Shown one piece after another: positions 32,264 to 42,290 of a stretch of 64,000 nucleotides of DNA (within the stretch, counting starts at the first letter, position 1; every line of letters begins with the position of its first letter). Origin of the DNA: Nitrospirota bacterium (GTDB lineage Bacteria > Nitrospirota > JACRHJ01); NCBI GenBank assembly GCA_963845245.1, contig CAWJRJ010000017.1:96001-160000 (forward strand). Reading direction: 5' to 3'. Position numbers and translations under genes: made by a program. The notes under the pieces were generated by a model. The model was given only the letters and a program-made list of their open reading frames with translations. It was not told the DNA's origin and made no database searches.

Positions 32264-32806
32264 GTGACCGGTAGAGTTTTCAAAAAAATCACTAAAACAC
32301 TGGTTGTTGCGGGAATAATGCTTCTGGCGACGCAGGCATATGCCAAGGACAACCGCTGCGGCGAATGCCACACGTCAAAGGAGATGGCCTCCTTCGGCAA
32401 CGTGATGGGCTGGGACAAGAGCGTCTATCAGGAAAAGAACACGCTTTGCCCCGGCATACTGGAGCTTAAGAAGGACACGTTCTTCACCGAGAGCAGGCTG
32501 GTGAAGTACGACGAGTTCCTTACCCGCATGGAGGAAGAGACTCGCAGATACCCTCAGTTCCTTCGTGAGGACTTGACAAAGGCAGGCGTGGCCTACGCGG
32601 ACCTTTCGGAAACCACCCCGACGTCTATAGAGGGGTTCAGCGGGCCGGACCTCAAGATCAAGAAGAATGTGGGCGGAGTGTACGAGAAGTTCAACAACCT
32701 CAGGGACAACTACAAGATGGAGAAGGTCATAGGCCTTGGGCTCGTGGTCGTGATGTTGTTGGCATTCTTGTTGTCCCTTGGCCTTAAAAACACTATAAAG
32801 GAATAA
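32264..32806 (+). CDS. Membrane-anchored monoheme cytochrome c
   Basis: Signal peptide (AYA), CGECH near the mature N-terminus, C-terminal TM anchor. Confidence 0.75.
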   Translation: MTGRVFKKITKTLVVAGIMLLATQAYAKDNRCGECHTSKEMASFGNVMGWDKSVYQEKNTLCPGILELKKDTFFTESRLVKYDEFLTRMEEETRRYPQFLREDLTKAGVAYADLSETTPTSIEGFSGPDLKIKKNVGGVYEKFNNLRDNYKMEKVIGLGLVVVMLLAFLLSLGLKNTIKE

Positions 32807-32815
32807 GAGGTTAGG

Positions 32816-34597
32816 ATGCAGAAGAGACTATTTGCGGTTCTTGCATTACTTTTAACTTCATTATTGCTTGTATCCTGCAAGGAGAGCGCCGAGAATAAGG
32901 GTGTGGATCCGAAGGTGCTGGCAGCCACTGTCGAGAAGGCCATGAAGGCGGCCGACACGCTCGACAACATGAACTCCAAGGCATACGAGATGGGCCAGGT
33001 CGGTATGGCAATGGCCCAGCACGGCGCCGCCGGTGCCTCACAGGTGCTGGACGAGGCCCTCAAGATTGCCAGGGAGGCGCATTCACCGGCCAACAAAGCG
33101 ATGGTCGCAGAGTTCAAAGCCGATTCCGAGGGCTGGGGACCTAAAGAACTGGAGCAGATAACCCCTGCTATAGACAGGATAGAGAAGGCCACCGGAAGGG
33201 TGTGGACAATACGCTCCATAGCCGAAGGTATAGCGGTATCCGACAAGGGCAAGGCGAAGTCTATCCTTATGGATGCGGCCGCGGAGGCCGAGGCAATGAC
33301 GGACCAGAAGTACCGCGACCTCGACCTCAGGGGTGTATCGGCGGGCCTTGCAGGTATGGATGCCGAGGCAGCCATGGGTGTGGCGGGCAAGATAGCCGAC
33401 CCGAGGGTCAAGGCGTATGCCTTAAACGCAATCGGTACCGCAAAGGCGTTCTATGCTGCGGCAGATGCGGCAGACGAGATACTTAAGATGGACCCCAAGT
33501 CCGCTTCGCTTAGCGAAGATGCTCCCGAAGCGGTAAAGTCCGCCGTCCTCGGCGCTGAGAAGTCCAGGCTTCAGGCCGCCGCTGCGAAATCGCTTGCCGC
33601 AACCGCGAAGGCGCTTTACGGCACCGATATGAACAAGGCCCGCGAGATGTTCTCCAAGGCCGCCGGCATCGCCGACACGATAGAGCATCCCTACACCAAG
33701 TCCTATGCACTCAGCGACGTCGCAATAGCGATGGCTGCTGTCGATCCGGACAACGCCGGTCAGGTTGCGGAAAAAATCGATTCGGCTCACCACGATGCCC
33801 GCTTCGCCGCAATGATGAAGATTGCCGAGGCGAATGCGAAGAAGACAGGCAAGGCAAGCGAAGCAGACCTTGAGAAGGTCGAGGCGGAAGCAAAGAATAT
33901 CGACGACGGCTACGACAAGGCAAAGGCCCTCACGTCGGTTGCCTTGGCATATGTGCCCATAAACGCCGAGAAGGCGGAAGCAATTGTCAAGGACATAGAC
34001 TACCCGCAGTTCGTAAACCAGGTCTATGCCGCGATGGCCGTTGCCACCCTCAAGGACGGCGATGATGCCTTCACAAAGGCGATGGACAAGGTCAACGAGC
34101 CCAGCAAGATGATAAAGGCCGACCGCCTTTATCCGAAGGGCTATTTGATGTATGTCAAGGCGAAGGCGTTTTGTGATGCGGGCGACATCAAGGCCGCCAC
34201 GGACCCCGCCGCCGCGAAGAAGCTCTACGGCAAGGCCGCAGGCGCCGCCGCAGACTCAAAGAGCGGACAGCTTCAGTGGAAGATTGCCGAAAGGCTTTGC
34301 AGGCTTGACCAGGACAAGTTGTTTGATATGGCCGCGAAAATCGAGAGCGATGACGCAGTCAAGGCCGCCGCCCTTGCCGACATAGCCGCTGATTGGGCGT
34401 CCAAAGGTGATGCAAGGTCCGGTATGGTCTGGGACATGGCCACTAAGGCAGCTTCAGCGGTCGACGAAAATCCGAAGAGCTGCGAACTCCTGAACAGCAT
34501 AGCCGTCAAATGCGCCCAGTACGACAAGGCCAGGGCGGCCGCTATGTTCAGCAAGGCATATGAGAAGGCCGGCAAGATTGGCAAGATTGAAGGTTAA
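32816..34597 (+). CDS. Large Ala-rich alpha-helical repeat lipoprotein
   Basis: Lipobox LVSC; repeated A..I......KA.AL..IA solenoid-like units. Confidence 0.7.
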   Translation: MQKRLFAVLALLLTSLLLVSCKESAENKGVDPKVLAATVEKAMKAADTLDNMNSKAYEMGQVGMAMAQHGAAGASQVLDEALKIAREAHSPANKAMVAEFKADSEGWGPKELEQITPAIDRIEKATGRVWTIRSIAEGIAVSDKGKAKSILMDAAAEAEAMTDQKYRDLDLRGVSAGLAGMDAEAAMGVAGKIADPRVKAYALNAIGTAKAFYAAADAADEILKMDPKSASLSEDAPEAVKSAVLGAEKSRLQAAAAKSLAATAKALYGTDMNKAREMFSKAAGIADTIEHPYTKSYALSDVAIAMAAVDPDNAGQVAEKIDSAHHDARFAAMMKIAEANAKKTGKASEADLEKVEAEAKNIDDGYDKAKALTSVALAYVPINAEKAEAIVKDIDYPQFVNQVYAAMAVATLKDGDDAFTKAMDKVNEPSKMIKADRLYPKGYLMYVKAKAFCDAGDIKAATDPAAAKKLYGKAAGAAADSKSGQLQWKIAERLCRLDQDKLFDMAAKIESDDAVKAAALADIAADWASKGDARSGMVWDMATKAASAVDENPKSCELLNSIAVKCAQYDKARAAAMFSKAYEKAGKIGKIEG

Positions 34598-34629
34598 TCA
34601 GTAAATACTGTTCTTGAAAAGGAGGAAAC

Positions 34630-34986
34630 ATGAAAATCGGGGTACTTATAGAGGAAGGCCCGTACAACCACCAGGCCTCCGATACCGCCTACAAGTTCAT
34701 AGTGGCAGCCATGGAGAAGGGCAACACCATCCAGGGCGTGTTCTTCTATGACGACGGTGTTGGTAACCTGAGCAAGGCGATGGAGCCGCCGCAAGACGAC
34801 AGGCACATAGCGAAGAGGTGGTCGGAGCTTGGCGCGAAAGGTGTTGACCTCATTATCTGCGTAGCCGCGGCAAAGAGGAGAGGCGTCAACCCGGAGAACA
34901 TATTGCCGAACAGCCGCATCTCAGGCCTTGGCCAGCTCAGCGAAATATGCACCGATGCCGACAGGGTAGTTACCTTCGGCGACTAA
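34630..34986 (+). CDS. dsrE: Sulfurtransferase subunit DsrE
   Basis: EGPYNHQASD, FFYDDGV, active-site ICVAAAKRRG, ISGLGQL. Confidence 0.95.
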   Translation: MKIGVLIEEGPYNHQASDTAYKFIVAAMEKGNTIQGVFFYDDGVGNLSKAMEPPQDDRHIAKRWSELGAKGVDLIICVAAAKRRGVNPENILPNSRISGLGQLSEICTDADRVVTFGD

Positions 34987-35008
34987 AAGACTGAAAGGAG
35001 TAAAACCG

Positions 35009-35365
35009 ATGGCCAAGATAATGTTCGTAAACAGGAATGCCCCACACGGCACGATTTACGCCTGGGAAGGGCTTGAAGTCATGCTTATATTCGGAGCATT
35101 CGACAACGAGCTGGGCGCGATATACATGGACGACGGCGTATTCTCCCTCAAGAAGGGCCAGGACACCTCCGTGTTGGGCATAAAGGGCTTTGTCCAGACC
35201 CTGCCGGTCCTTGAGGATTACGGCGTGGAGAAGATATATGTCGACAAGGAGTCCATGGAGATGAGGGGCCTCACGCTTGAGGACCTTGCGATCCCGGTGG
35301 AAATGGTCGACTCAGCCCAGATTGGCAAGATAATGGCCGAGCAGGATGTCCTTCTGCCGTTCTAA
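35009..35365 (+). CDS. dsrF: DsrF
   Basis: NRNAPHGTIYAWEGLE, DDGVFSLKKGQ. Confidence 0.95.
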   Translation: MAKIMFVNRNAPHGTIYAWEGLEVMLIFGAFDNELGAIYMDDGVFSLKKGQDTSVLGIKGFVQTLPVLEDYGVEKIYVDKESMEMRGLTLEDLAIPVEMVDSAQIGKIMAEQDVLLPF

Positions 35366-35396
35366 CAAATAAGCCGAGCATAAGGAGAGTATATAT

Positions 35397-35690
35397 ATGC
35401 TTCACATAGTTAATAAGTCCCCATATTCGAAAGACAGCATGGGCAGCTGCATAAGGACGGCCGCCAAGGGCGATCCGATACTGCTCATCGAAGACGCTGT
35501 CGTTGGCGTGCTTGCCACTGGCAAGATGGCCGACACTATAAAGGCAGCCCAAAAGGACCATGAAGTCTATGCCCTTATCGCCGATTTAAAGGCGAGGAAC
35601 ATCGACAAGATCGTAGACGGCGTCAAAGAGATCGACTACCTTGGCTTTGTAGCACTCGTGGAGCAGCACAGGCCGATGTCCTGGCTTTAG
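35397..35690 (+). CDS. dsrH: DsrH
   Basis: MLHIVNKSP, conserved Cys in SCIR, LLIEDAV, DYLGFV, C-terminal SWL. Confidence 0.95.
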   Translation: MLHIVNKSPYSKDSMGSCIRTAAKGDPILLIEDAVVGVLATGKMADTIKAAQKDHEVYALIADLKARNIDKIVDGVKEIDYLGFVALVEQHRPMSWL

Positions 35691-35691
35691 C

Positions 35692-36354
35692 ATGTCCGCT
35701 CGCGAGGTCCTTGCCGGTCTTCTCAGGGAAAACAAGCCCGAAGATGTAATAGACCTCGCAAGGAAAGACAGGAAGCTGGTACGGGTACTTTCAGGTTTCC
35801 TGTATGATAACGAAGAGCTGCTTATGTGGCGGGCGGTCACTATGCTCGGCCACCTGGCGGTTGCAGAACCAGAGCTTGTCAAGCCGATAGTCAAAAGACT
35901 CCTGTGGTCACTGGCTGAGGAAGCAAGCATTGTAGGATGGGGTTCAAACCAGGCGTTAGGGGAGATATACCACAAAAACCCTGAGGTCGCGGGCAACGCC
36001 GGAAGGATCGCCGCCCACTTTCTGGACGATGAAGAGCTTTCGAATCCGGCCAACCGCAACACTACGATGCTTGCGGGCTCTATCTGGGCGATAGGCGAGA
36101 TCTCCGGGTCTGACTCTTCCCTCTCGATTGAGATGGCTCCGAAGCTGGTCGGTTTTCTGTCCGACCCCGAACCACAGGTCAGGGCGGTCACGGCCTGGAC
36201 GCTGGGAAGGCTGAAATACCAGCCGGCGGCGGCTGCACTTGAGGCGCTGTCCGGAGACGATGCCGTGACAGAGGTCTACGAGGACGAAGAACTGAAGCGG
36301 ATGGCAGTAAAAGATATTGCAGCGCTTGCCCTCAAGAATATTGTCGGGCCATAA
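35692..36354 (+). CDS. HEAT-repeat protein (DVU0298-like family)
   Basis: WRAV, RLLWSL.EE...GW..ALGEI, PQVRAVTAWTLG. Confidence 0.7.
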   Translation: MSAREVLAGLLRENKPEDVIDLARKDRKLVRVLSGFLYDNEELLMWRAVTMLGHLAVAEPELVKPIVKRLLWSLAEEASIVGWGSNQALGEIYHKNPEVAGNAGRIAAHFLDDEELSNPANRNTTMLAGSIWAIGEISGSDSSLSIEMAPKLVGFLSDPEPQVRAVTAWTLGRLKYQPAAAALEALSGDDAVTEVYEDEELKRMAVKDIAALALKNIVGP

Positions 36355-36480
36355 AGCCCTTGAAATAGCCACAGTCTGGAAAAATAAAAAGAAGGCAAAG
36401 GAGGTGAGCCTGGAAGAAGTGGAAAGCGCAGTTGTGAAGAGGTCGGGTTTTTATCGAAAAACGAAAAGGAGAAAGCTATA

Positions 36481-37662
36481 ATGTCCAACACCCCAATGAT
36501 AGACGAGCTTGAAAAAGGTCCCTGGCCAAGCTTTATAAAAGATATAAAGGAAATGGCCGGCAGGAAACCTATGTGCAAGGACCTTCTAGGACTCCTCGAG
36601 ATGTCCTACAAGGACAAGAGGACACACTGGAAGCATGGCGGCATCGTCGGCGTCCGCGGTTACGGCGGCGGCATCATCGGCCGTTACTCCGACAGCCCCG
36701 AGAAGTTCCCGAACGTTTCTCATTTCCATACCGTCCGTATCAACCAGCCCTCCGGTTGGTTCTACAACACCACGGCGATGAGATACATCTGCGACATGTG
36801 GGAGAAGTACGGTTCAGGCCTTACCAACATGCACGGCTCCACCGGCGACATGGTCATGATGGGCACCACGACCGACCAGCTTGAGGACATATTCACCGAC
36901 CTGTCCGAGCACGGCTGGGACCTGGGCGGCTCAGGCTCCGACGTCAGGACCCCGTCCTGCTGCAACGGCATGGCCCGCTGCGAGTACGCCTGCATAGACA
37001 CCATGGCGTTATGCCACGACCTTACCAACACGTACCAGGACGAGCTGCACAGGCCGGCTTTCCCGTACAAGTTCAAGTTTAAGATCTCCGGTTGCCCGAA
37101 CGACTGCGTCGCCTCGATAGCCCGTTCCGACTGCTCCATAATCGGGACCTGGAGAGACAACATCAGGCAGGACGACGCCGCGGTTGCCGAGTACGCCAAG
37201 GGCGGCAAGGTCGACATAGCGGGCGACGTCGTCGGCAAGTGCCCGACCGGCTGCATGTCATTCGACGGCGGCAAGCTCTCCATAGACAACAAGAACTGCA
37301 ACCGCTGCATGCACTGCATAAACGTCATGCCGAAGGCCCTCAGGATCGGCACCGACACCGGCGCGACCCTCCTTCTGGGCGCGAAGGCCCCGATCGTCCA
37401 GGGCGCGCTTCTCGCCTCCGTCATCGTGCCGTTCATGAAGATGGAGCCGCCATATGAGGAGTTCAAGGAGCTTATCGCCACCATCTGGGAGTTCTGGGAT
37501 GAGACCGGCGAGGCCAGGGAGCGTATCGGCGAGATGATCGTCCGCATAGGCAAGGGCAACTTCATCGAGGAAGTCGGCCTTGAGCCGCTGCCGGAGATGG
37601 TATGCGAGCCCAGGTCCAACCCCTACATCTTCTACGAAGAGTTCTTCGAAGAAGGCGAGTAG
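36481..37662 (+). CDS. dsrA: Dissimilatory sulfite reductase alpha subunit
   Basis: [22 protein letters not shown], siroheme CX5C / [21 protein letters not shown]. Confidence 0.98.
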   Translation: MSNTPMIDELEKGPWPSFIKDIKEMAGRKPMCKDLLGLLEMSYKDKRTHWKHGGIVGVRGYGGGIIGRYSDSPEKFPNVSHFHTVRINQPSGWFYNTTAMRYICDMWEKYGSGLTNMHGSTGDMVMMGTTTDQLEDIFTDLSEHGWDLGGSGSDVRTPSCCNGMARCEYACIDTMALCHDLTNTYQDELHRPAFPYKFKFKISGCPNDCVASIARSDCSIIGTWRDNIRQDDAAVAEYAKGGKVDIAGDVVGKCPTGCMSFDGGKLSIDNKNCNRCMHCINVMPKALRIGTDTGATLLLGAKAPIVQGALLASVIVPFMKMEPPYEEFKELIATIWEFWDETGEARERIGEMIVRIGKGNFIEEVGLEPLPEMVCEPRSNPYIFYEEFFEEGE

Positions 37663-37726
37663 GCCTGGTTTAAAGCGGATGCATATTTAAATAAATACCA
37701 TATTACATTCATGGAGGAATTAGGAA

Positions 37727-38803
37727 ATGGCTGCTCCAAAAAGAAAAACTGATATAGGACCGCCCCATTACGAACAGATGCTCCACCCGATCGTTAAGGC
37801 CAACTACGGCAAGTGGAAGTATCACACGATCCCGAAGCCGGGCGTGCTCATGCACGTTGGTGAGTCCGGCGACAAGCTCTACACCGTCAGGGCCGCGTCG
37901 GCGAGGTTGGTCAGCATCGACAATATCCGCAGGATGTGCGACCTGGCCGACAAGTATTGCGACGGCTTCTTCCGCTACACCAGCCGTAACAACGTCGAGT
38001 TCATGACGGACAAGGAAGCCAACGTCGACGCGTTGATTGCCGACCTTACGGCCCTCAAGATCCCTGTCGGCGGCACGGGCCACTGCATATCCAACATAGT
38101 CCATACACAGGGATGGGTGCACTGCCACAGCTCCGCGACGGACGCCTCCGGCGTCGTCAAGGCCACCATGGACGAGCTCATCGACTACTTCACGTCCATG
38201 ACGCTCCCGGCGCACCTCAGGATAGCGGTCGCCTGCTGCCTGAACATGTGCGGCGCCGTCCACTGCTCCGACATCGCGATACTCGGCATACACAGGACCC
38301 CGCCGACCATCGACCACGACAAGCTCGGCAACATGTGCGAGATCCCGACCACCGTCGCCTCCTGCCCGAAGGCAGCCATCAGGCCGAAGATGGTCGACGG
38401 CAAGCAGTCGGTCGAAGTCATGGAAGACCTCTGCATGTACTGCGGCAACTGCTACACCGTCTGCCCGGCCATGCCGATAGCCAACCCGCTGAACGATGGT
38501 ATATCCATATGGGTCGGCGGCAAGGTCAGTAACACCAGGACCAAGCCGATGTTCTCCAAGCTCGCGATACCATACCTCCCGAACAACCCGCCGAGGTGGC
38601 CGGAAGTCACGAGCGCGGTCAAGAACATCGTCGAGACCTATGCCAAGGACGCAAAGAAGTACGAGAGGGTCGGCGAGTGGATCAACAGGATAGGCTGGCC
38701 GAAGTTCTTCGAGAAGACAGGGCTCGAGTTCACCAAGTACCACATTGATGACTTCACCCTGGCGTCGAGCACGTACAACAGCTCAACCCATTTCAAATTC
38801 TAA
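37727..38803 (+). CDS. dsrB: Dissimilatory sulfite reductase beta subunit
   Basis: [44 protein letters not shown]. Confidence 0.98.
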   Translation: MAAPKRKTDIGPPHYEQMLHPIVKANYGKWKYHTIPKPGVLMHVGESGDKLYTVRAASARLVSIDNIRRMCDLADKYCDGFFRYTSRNNVEFMTDKEANVDALIADLTALKIPVGGTGHCISNIVHTQGWVHCHSSATDASGVVKATMDELIDYFTSMTLPAHLRIAVACCLNMCGAVHCSDIAILGIHRTPPTIDHDKLGNMCEIPTTVASCPKAAIRPKMVDGKQSVEVMEDLCMYCGNCYTVCPAMPIANPLNDGISIWVGGKVSNTRTKPMFSKLAIPYLPNNPPRWPEVTSAVKNIVETYAKDAKKYERVGEWINRIGWPKFFEKTGLEFTKYHIDDFTLASSTYNSSTHFKF

Positions 38804-38815
38804 GGGGGAGGAACC

Positions 38816-39052
38816 ATGGCTACTGTTGAAGAATTAAAAGAATACATCTTCAAAAAGGTAGAGTCCTACTCGGGCAAGAAGCAGGTTAAGGTTCCTCAGA
38901 TGGTCGCGGAAGTAGTCGAGCATTATCCTGACGCGTCCAAAAAGGACGTCAAGGATGCCCTCAAGGAGCTCATCGACGACGAGAAGCTGGTATACGGCTA
39001 CTTCGGCGGTACGACTCTTGAGCTCCCGCATACGGAAGGAAGCGCCAACTAA
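38816..39052 (+). CDS. dsrD: DsrD (winged-helix DsrAB activator)
   Basis: 78 aa directly after dsrB; K.ALKELIDDEKLVYGYFGGT. Confidence 0.8.
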   Translation: MATVEELKEYIFKKVESYSGKKQVKVPQMVAEVVEHYPDASKKDVKDALKELIDDEKLVYGYFGGTTLELPHTEGSAN

Positions 39053-39165
39053 GTTGTATCTGGTTTGGCACAAGCGCTAGTATAAGGTCAGGCCGCGCAC
39101 CCTTCAGGACAGAAGTTCATGCGCCTGAAGGGTGCGTTGCCTTTTAAACAACGGAGAACGAAGTC

Positions 39166-40848
39166 ATGGCATTGGTGAAAAAGAAGAAAAAAGATTACGG
39201 CGCGAAGTCTTCCGGCGCACAGGTCTCGACGCTGAGGCCGAAATACCAGCCCAAGACCCCGCCGTGCACCTTCAAGTGCCCAGCAGGCGTTGACATCCGG
39301 GGCTACGTAATGCACATCAGCCAGTCCGAGATGTATGGCAGGACTATCGACCAGTCCACGGCTGAGGCATGGTACATGCTGACGGACAAGAACCCCCTGC
39401 CGGCGACGACAGGAAGGGTCTGCCCGCACCCCTGCGAGAGCGAATGCAACAGGGCCAGCCTGGAGGGCGCGCTCAACATCAACAACATAGAGCGCTACAT
39501 GGGCGACTACGGGATAAACAACAACCTCCCGCTCAGGAAGCTCACCGAAGAGAAGAAGGCCGAGACTGTAGCTGTCGTGGGCGCGGGCCCTGCAGGGCTT
39601 TCCTGCGCTTACCAGCTTGCGCGCCGCGGTTACGGCGTCACGGTTTATGAATCATTCGAAAAGGCTGGCGGAATGCTGCGCTATGGCATACCCGCATACC
39701 GTCTCCCGGATAATATCCTTGACGCGGAAATAAAAAAGATCCAAGATATGGGTGTTGACATAAAGCTCAACACCAGGGTTGGTAAAGACGTCTCCATGGA
39801 CGACCTCAGGAAGAACAACAAGGTCGTATTCATGGGTATAGGCGCGCATGCAGGCAAGAAGCTGGGCGTGCCCGGCGAGGATGCCCCCAACTCCATGACC
39901 GGCGCCGAGTTCCTGCACAAGGTCAACCACGGCGAGACGGTCGATATCGGCAAGAAGGTCGTCGTGATCGGCGGCGGCAACAGCGCCATAGACGCGGCCA
40001 GGGTTGCGGTCCGCCTGGGCGCCGACGTCACCCTCTCCTACAGAAGGACCAGGGCCGAGATGCCGGCCATCGAGCACGAGATACACTCAGCCGAGGAAGA
40101 GGGCGTGCACTTCGAGTTCCTCACCGCCCCGGTCGAGGTCGTTAAGGATGCGAGCGGAAAGGCCACCGGCCTCAAGGTCCAGAAGATGGAGCTTGGCGAG
40201 CCAGACTCATCCGGCAGGCGCAGGCCCGTCCCGGTCCCCGGTTCCGAGTTCGTGATAGAGGCGAGCTTCGTATGCCCGTCCATCAGCCAGGAGCCAGAGT
40301 GGAACGGCATCGACAACATAAAGAACGAGTGGGGCTGGATATCCGCCGATGCAGGTACTGGCAAGACAGCCGTTGAGGGCGTCTTCGCCGGCGGCGACGT
40401 CACCAACCAGCTCGGCCTTGTCACCGAGGCGATAGGCCTTGGCAGGATGGCCGCCGAGGCGATAGACGACTACATCCAGAACAAGCAGAAGGAAGAAGTC
40501 GCCCCGTTGGCGGTCGTACGTTACCAGACGATGTTCACGGACTTCTTCCCCAAGAAGGAGCGGAACGAGACGAAGTTCATAGCTGCCGCCGATGTTAAGG
40601 GCAGCATGACCAAGGAGCCGATGCTCCCGCTTACGGACGACGAGTTCAAGGCGGAAGTCACCCGCTGCATGAGCTGCGGTCTCTGCTTCGACTGCGACAA
40701 CTGCTGGATGTACTGCTCGGACGGCGCCGTCGAGAAACTCTCGAAGGAGACCCCGAGGGGGACGCACTACGGCTTTATCCTGGAGAAGTGCCAGGGCTGC
40801 AAGAAGTGCGCAGAGGCCTGCCCCTGCGGTTACATAGATATGCTATAA
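39166..40848 (+). CDS. dsrL: DsrL iron-sulfur flavoprotein (DsrL-2-like, short form)
   Basis: S.LRP.Y..KTPPC...CP N-terminus, GRVCPHPCE, GAGPAG, GGGNSA, YRR, RCMSCGLCFDCDNC, C-terminal CQGCKKCAEACPCGYIDM. Confidence 0.93.
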   Translation: MALVKKKKKDYGAKSSGAQVSTLRPKYQPKTPPCTFKCPAGVDIRGYVMHISQSEMYGRTIDQSTAEAWYMLTDKNPLPATTGRVCPHPCESECNRASLEGALNINNIERYMGDYGINNNLPLRKLTEEKKAETVAVVGAGPAGLSCAYQLARRGYGVTVYESFEKAGGMLRYGIPAYRLPDNILDAEIKKIQDMGVDIKLNTRVGKDVSMDDLRKNNKVVFMGIGAHAGKKLGVPGEDAPNSMTGAEFLHKVNHGETVDIGKKVVVIGGGNSAIDAARVAVRLGADVTLSYRRTRAEMPAIEHEIHSAEEEGVHFEFLTAPVEVVKDASGKATGLKVQKMELGEPDSSGRRRPVPVPGSEFVIEASFVCPSISQEPEWNGIDNIKNEWGWISADAGTGKTAVEGVFAGGDVTNQLGLVTEAIGLGRMAAEAIDDYIQNKQKEEVAPLAVVRYQTMFTDFFPKKERNETKFIAAADVKGSMTKEPMLPLTDDEFKAEVTRCMSCGLCFDCDNCWMYCSDGAVEKLSKETPRGTHYGFILEKCQGCKKCAEACPCGYIDML

Positions 40849-40851
40849 TCC

Positions 40852-40888
40852 TTTATATCCGGGCCCCATTCCGGGGCCCGGATATAAA
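40852..40888 (+). other. Perfect 16-bp inverted repeat after dsrL
   Basis: tttatatccgggcccc-attcc-ggggcccggatataaa. Confidence 0.85.
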
Positions 40889-40912
40889 ACGGATTACCGC
40901 ATAGGAGGGCAA

Positions 40913-41385
40913 ATGGAAGATATCACCCTTGTCGAGATCGTAGACTATGCAAGGATAAACGAGGAAAACGCGAGACGGTTTTACCTTGGCGCTGCCGAGC
41001 ATGCGCGCAACGAGAGCGTCAAGACGTTTCTTATTGTCCCTTGCAGAGGAAGAGCAAAGGCATATCGACCATTTGAACGACCTCGATAAGACTTATCGAG
41101 ACCGGCAAGCCACTGCCTAAACCGCATGGCATCGTCAAACCGTTGGGCTACGAGGACTACCTGGGGAAGATCACGCTGGACGAGACCGCGGATTACCAGG
41201 AGGTCCTGAAGGCAGCCATGGCCAGGGAAAAAGAGGCTATGGACTCGTATCTGAAGTATTCCAAACTGGTCGACGACAAGAAGGCGAAAGACCTCTTTAT
41301 ACTGCTGGCCGCGGAGGAGAGCAGGCACCTGAGGGATTTCGAGGAAAAGTACGACGACTTCATGAAAGAGATAGAGAACTGGTAG
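40913..41385 (+). CDS. Rubrerythrin/ferritin-like di-iron protein (frameshifts near 41030 and 41085)
   Basis: RBS GGAGG; EENARRFY, LAEEEQRH, REKEAMDSY, AAEESRH across three frames. Confidence 0.8.
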
Positions 41386-41414
41386 TCTATTCAATTACCA
41401 ATAAACAGGACAGG

Positions 41415-42275
41415 GTGAGATTAATGTATGAAATCCTGAAGAAAACAGTCTGGTCGGATGTCGAACCGAGGATCACCGAGTTCGAGCTGAACGCGCCCGA
41501 GATAGCGAAGGCGCACAAGGCCGGCCAGTTTGTCATCATAATAAACGGCGAGACCGGGGAGAGGATACCCCTGACCATAGCGGACAAGGATGCGGAAAAA
41601 GGCACCATAAGCATCCTGTTCCAGGAGGTAGGAGCATCCACTATAGCGCTTGGCGCCATGAAAGAGGGCGACAGGCTGGACCACGTAGCCGGCCCTCTCG
41701 GCAAGCCTACTCACGTTGAAAAATTCGGCACTGTCGTCTGCGTTGGCGGCGGCGTCGGGATCGCTCCGGTCCACCCGATTGCCAAGGCCATGAAGGAAGC
41801 GGGCAACAATGTCATATCGATACTGGGCGCTCGCACGAAGGACCTCCTCATCTACGAAGACAACATGCAGAAGGCGAGCCACAAGGTCTGCATCACGACC
41901 GACGATGGCAGCTACTGTAAAAAAGGCTTCGTAACGGACGAGCTGAAGCGCCTGATCGAGGTCGACAAGATGCAGATCGACCTGGTCGTGGTCATAGGCC
42001 CGCCCATCATGATGAAGTTCGTCTGCAAGGTGACCGAGCCCCACAAGATAAAGACCTTCGCCAGCCTCAACACCATCATGGTGGACGGCACCGGCATGTG
42101 CGGCGCTTGCCGCGTCACGGTCGGCGGAAAGACCCAGTTCGTGTGCGTGGACGGCCCAGAGTTTGACGGCCACCAGGTTGATTACGATGAGATGATGGCC
42201 CGCCAGAGGCAGTATCTGCCCGAGGAGAAGATAGCCGTCGATATCTGCAAAAAGAAGATGTGCCACTCGGCATAA
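41415..42275 (+). CDS. nfnA: NfnA/SudB-type FAD/[2Fe-2S] subunit of electron-bifurcating transhydrogenase
   Basis: GERIPLTIAD, GPLG, GGGVG, MVDGTGMCGACR, CVDGPEFDGH. Confidence 0.9.
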   Translation: MRLMYEILKKTVWSDVEPRITEFELNAPEIAKAHKAGQFVIIINGETGERIPLTIADKDAEKGTISILFQEVGASTIALGAMKEGDRLDHVAGPLGKPTHVEKFGTVVCVGGGVGIAPVHPIAKAMKEAGNNVISILGARTKDLLIYEDNMQKASHKVCITTDDGSYCKKGFVTDELKRLIEVDKMQIDLVVVIGPPIMMKFVCKVTEPHKIKTFASLNTIMVDGTGMCGACRVTVGGKTQFVCVDGPEFDGHQVDYDEMMARQRQYLPEEKIAVDICKKKMCHSA

Positions 42276-42290
42276 AGAGAAAGGGATGCG

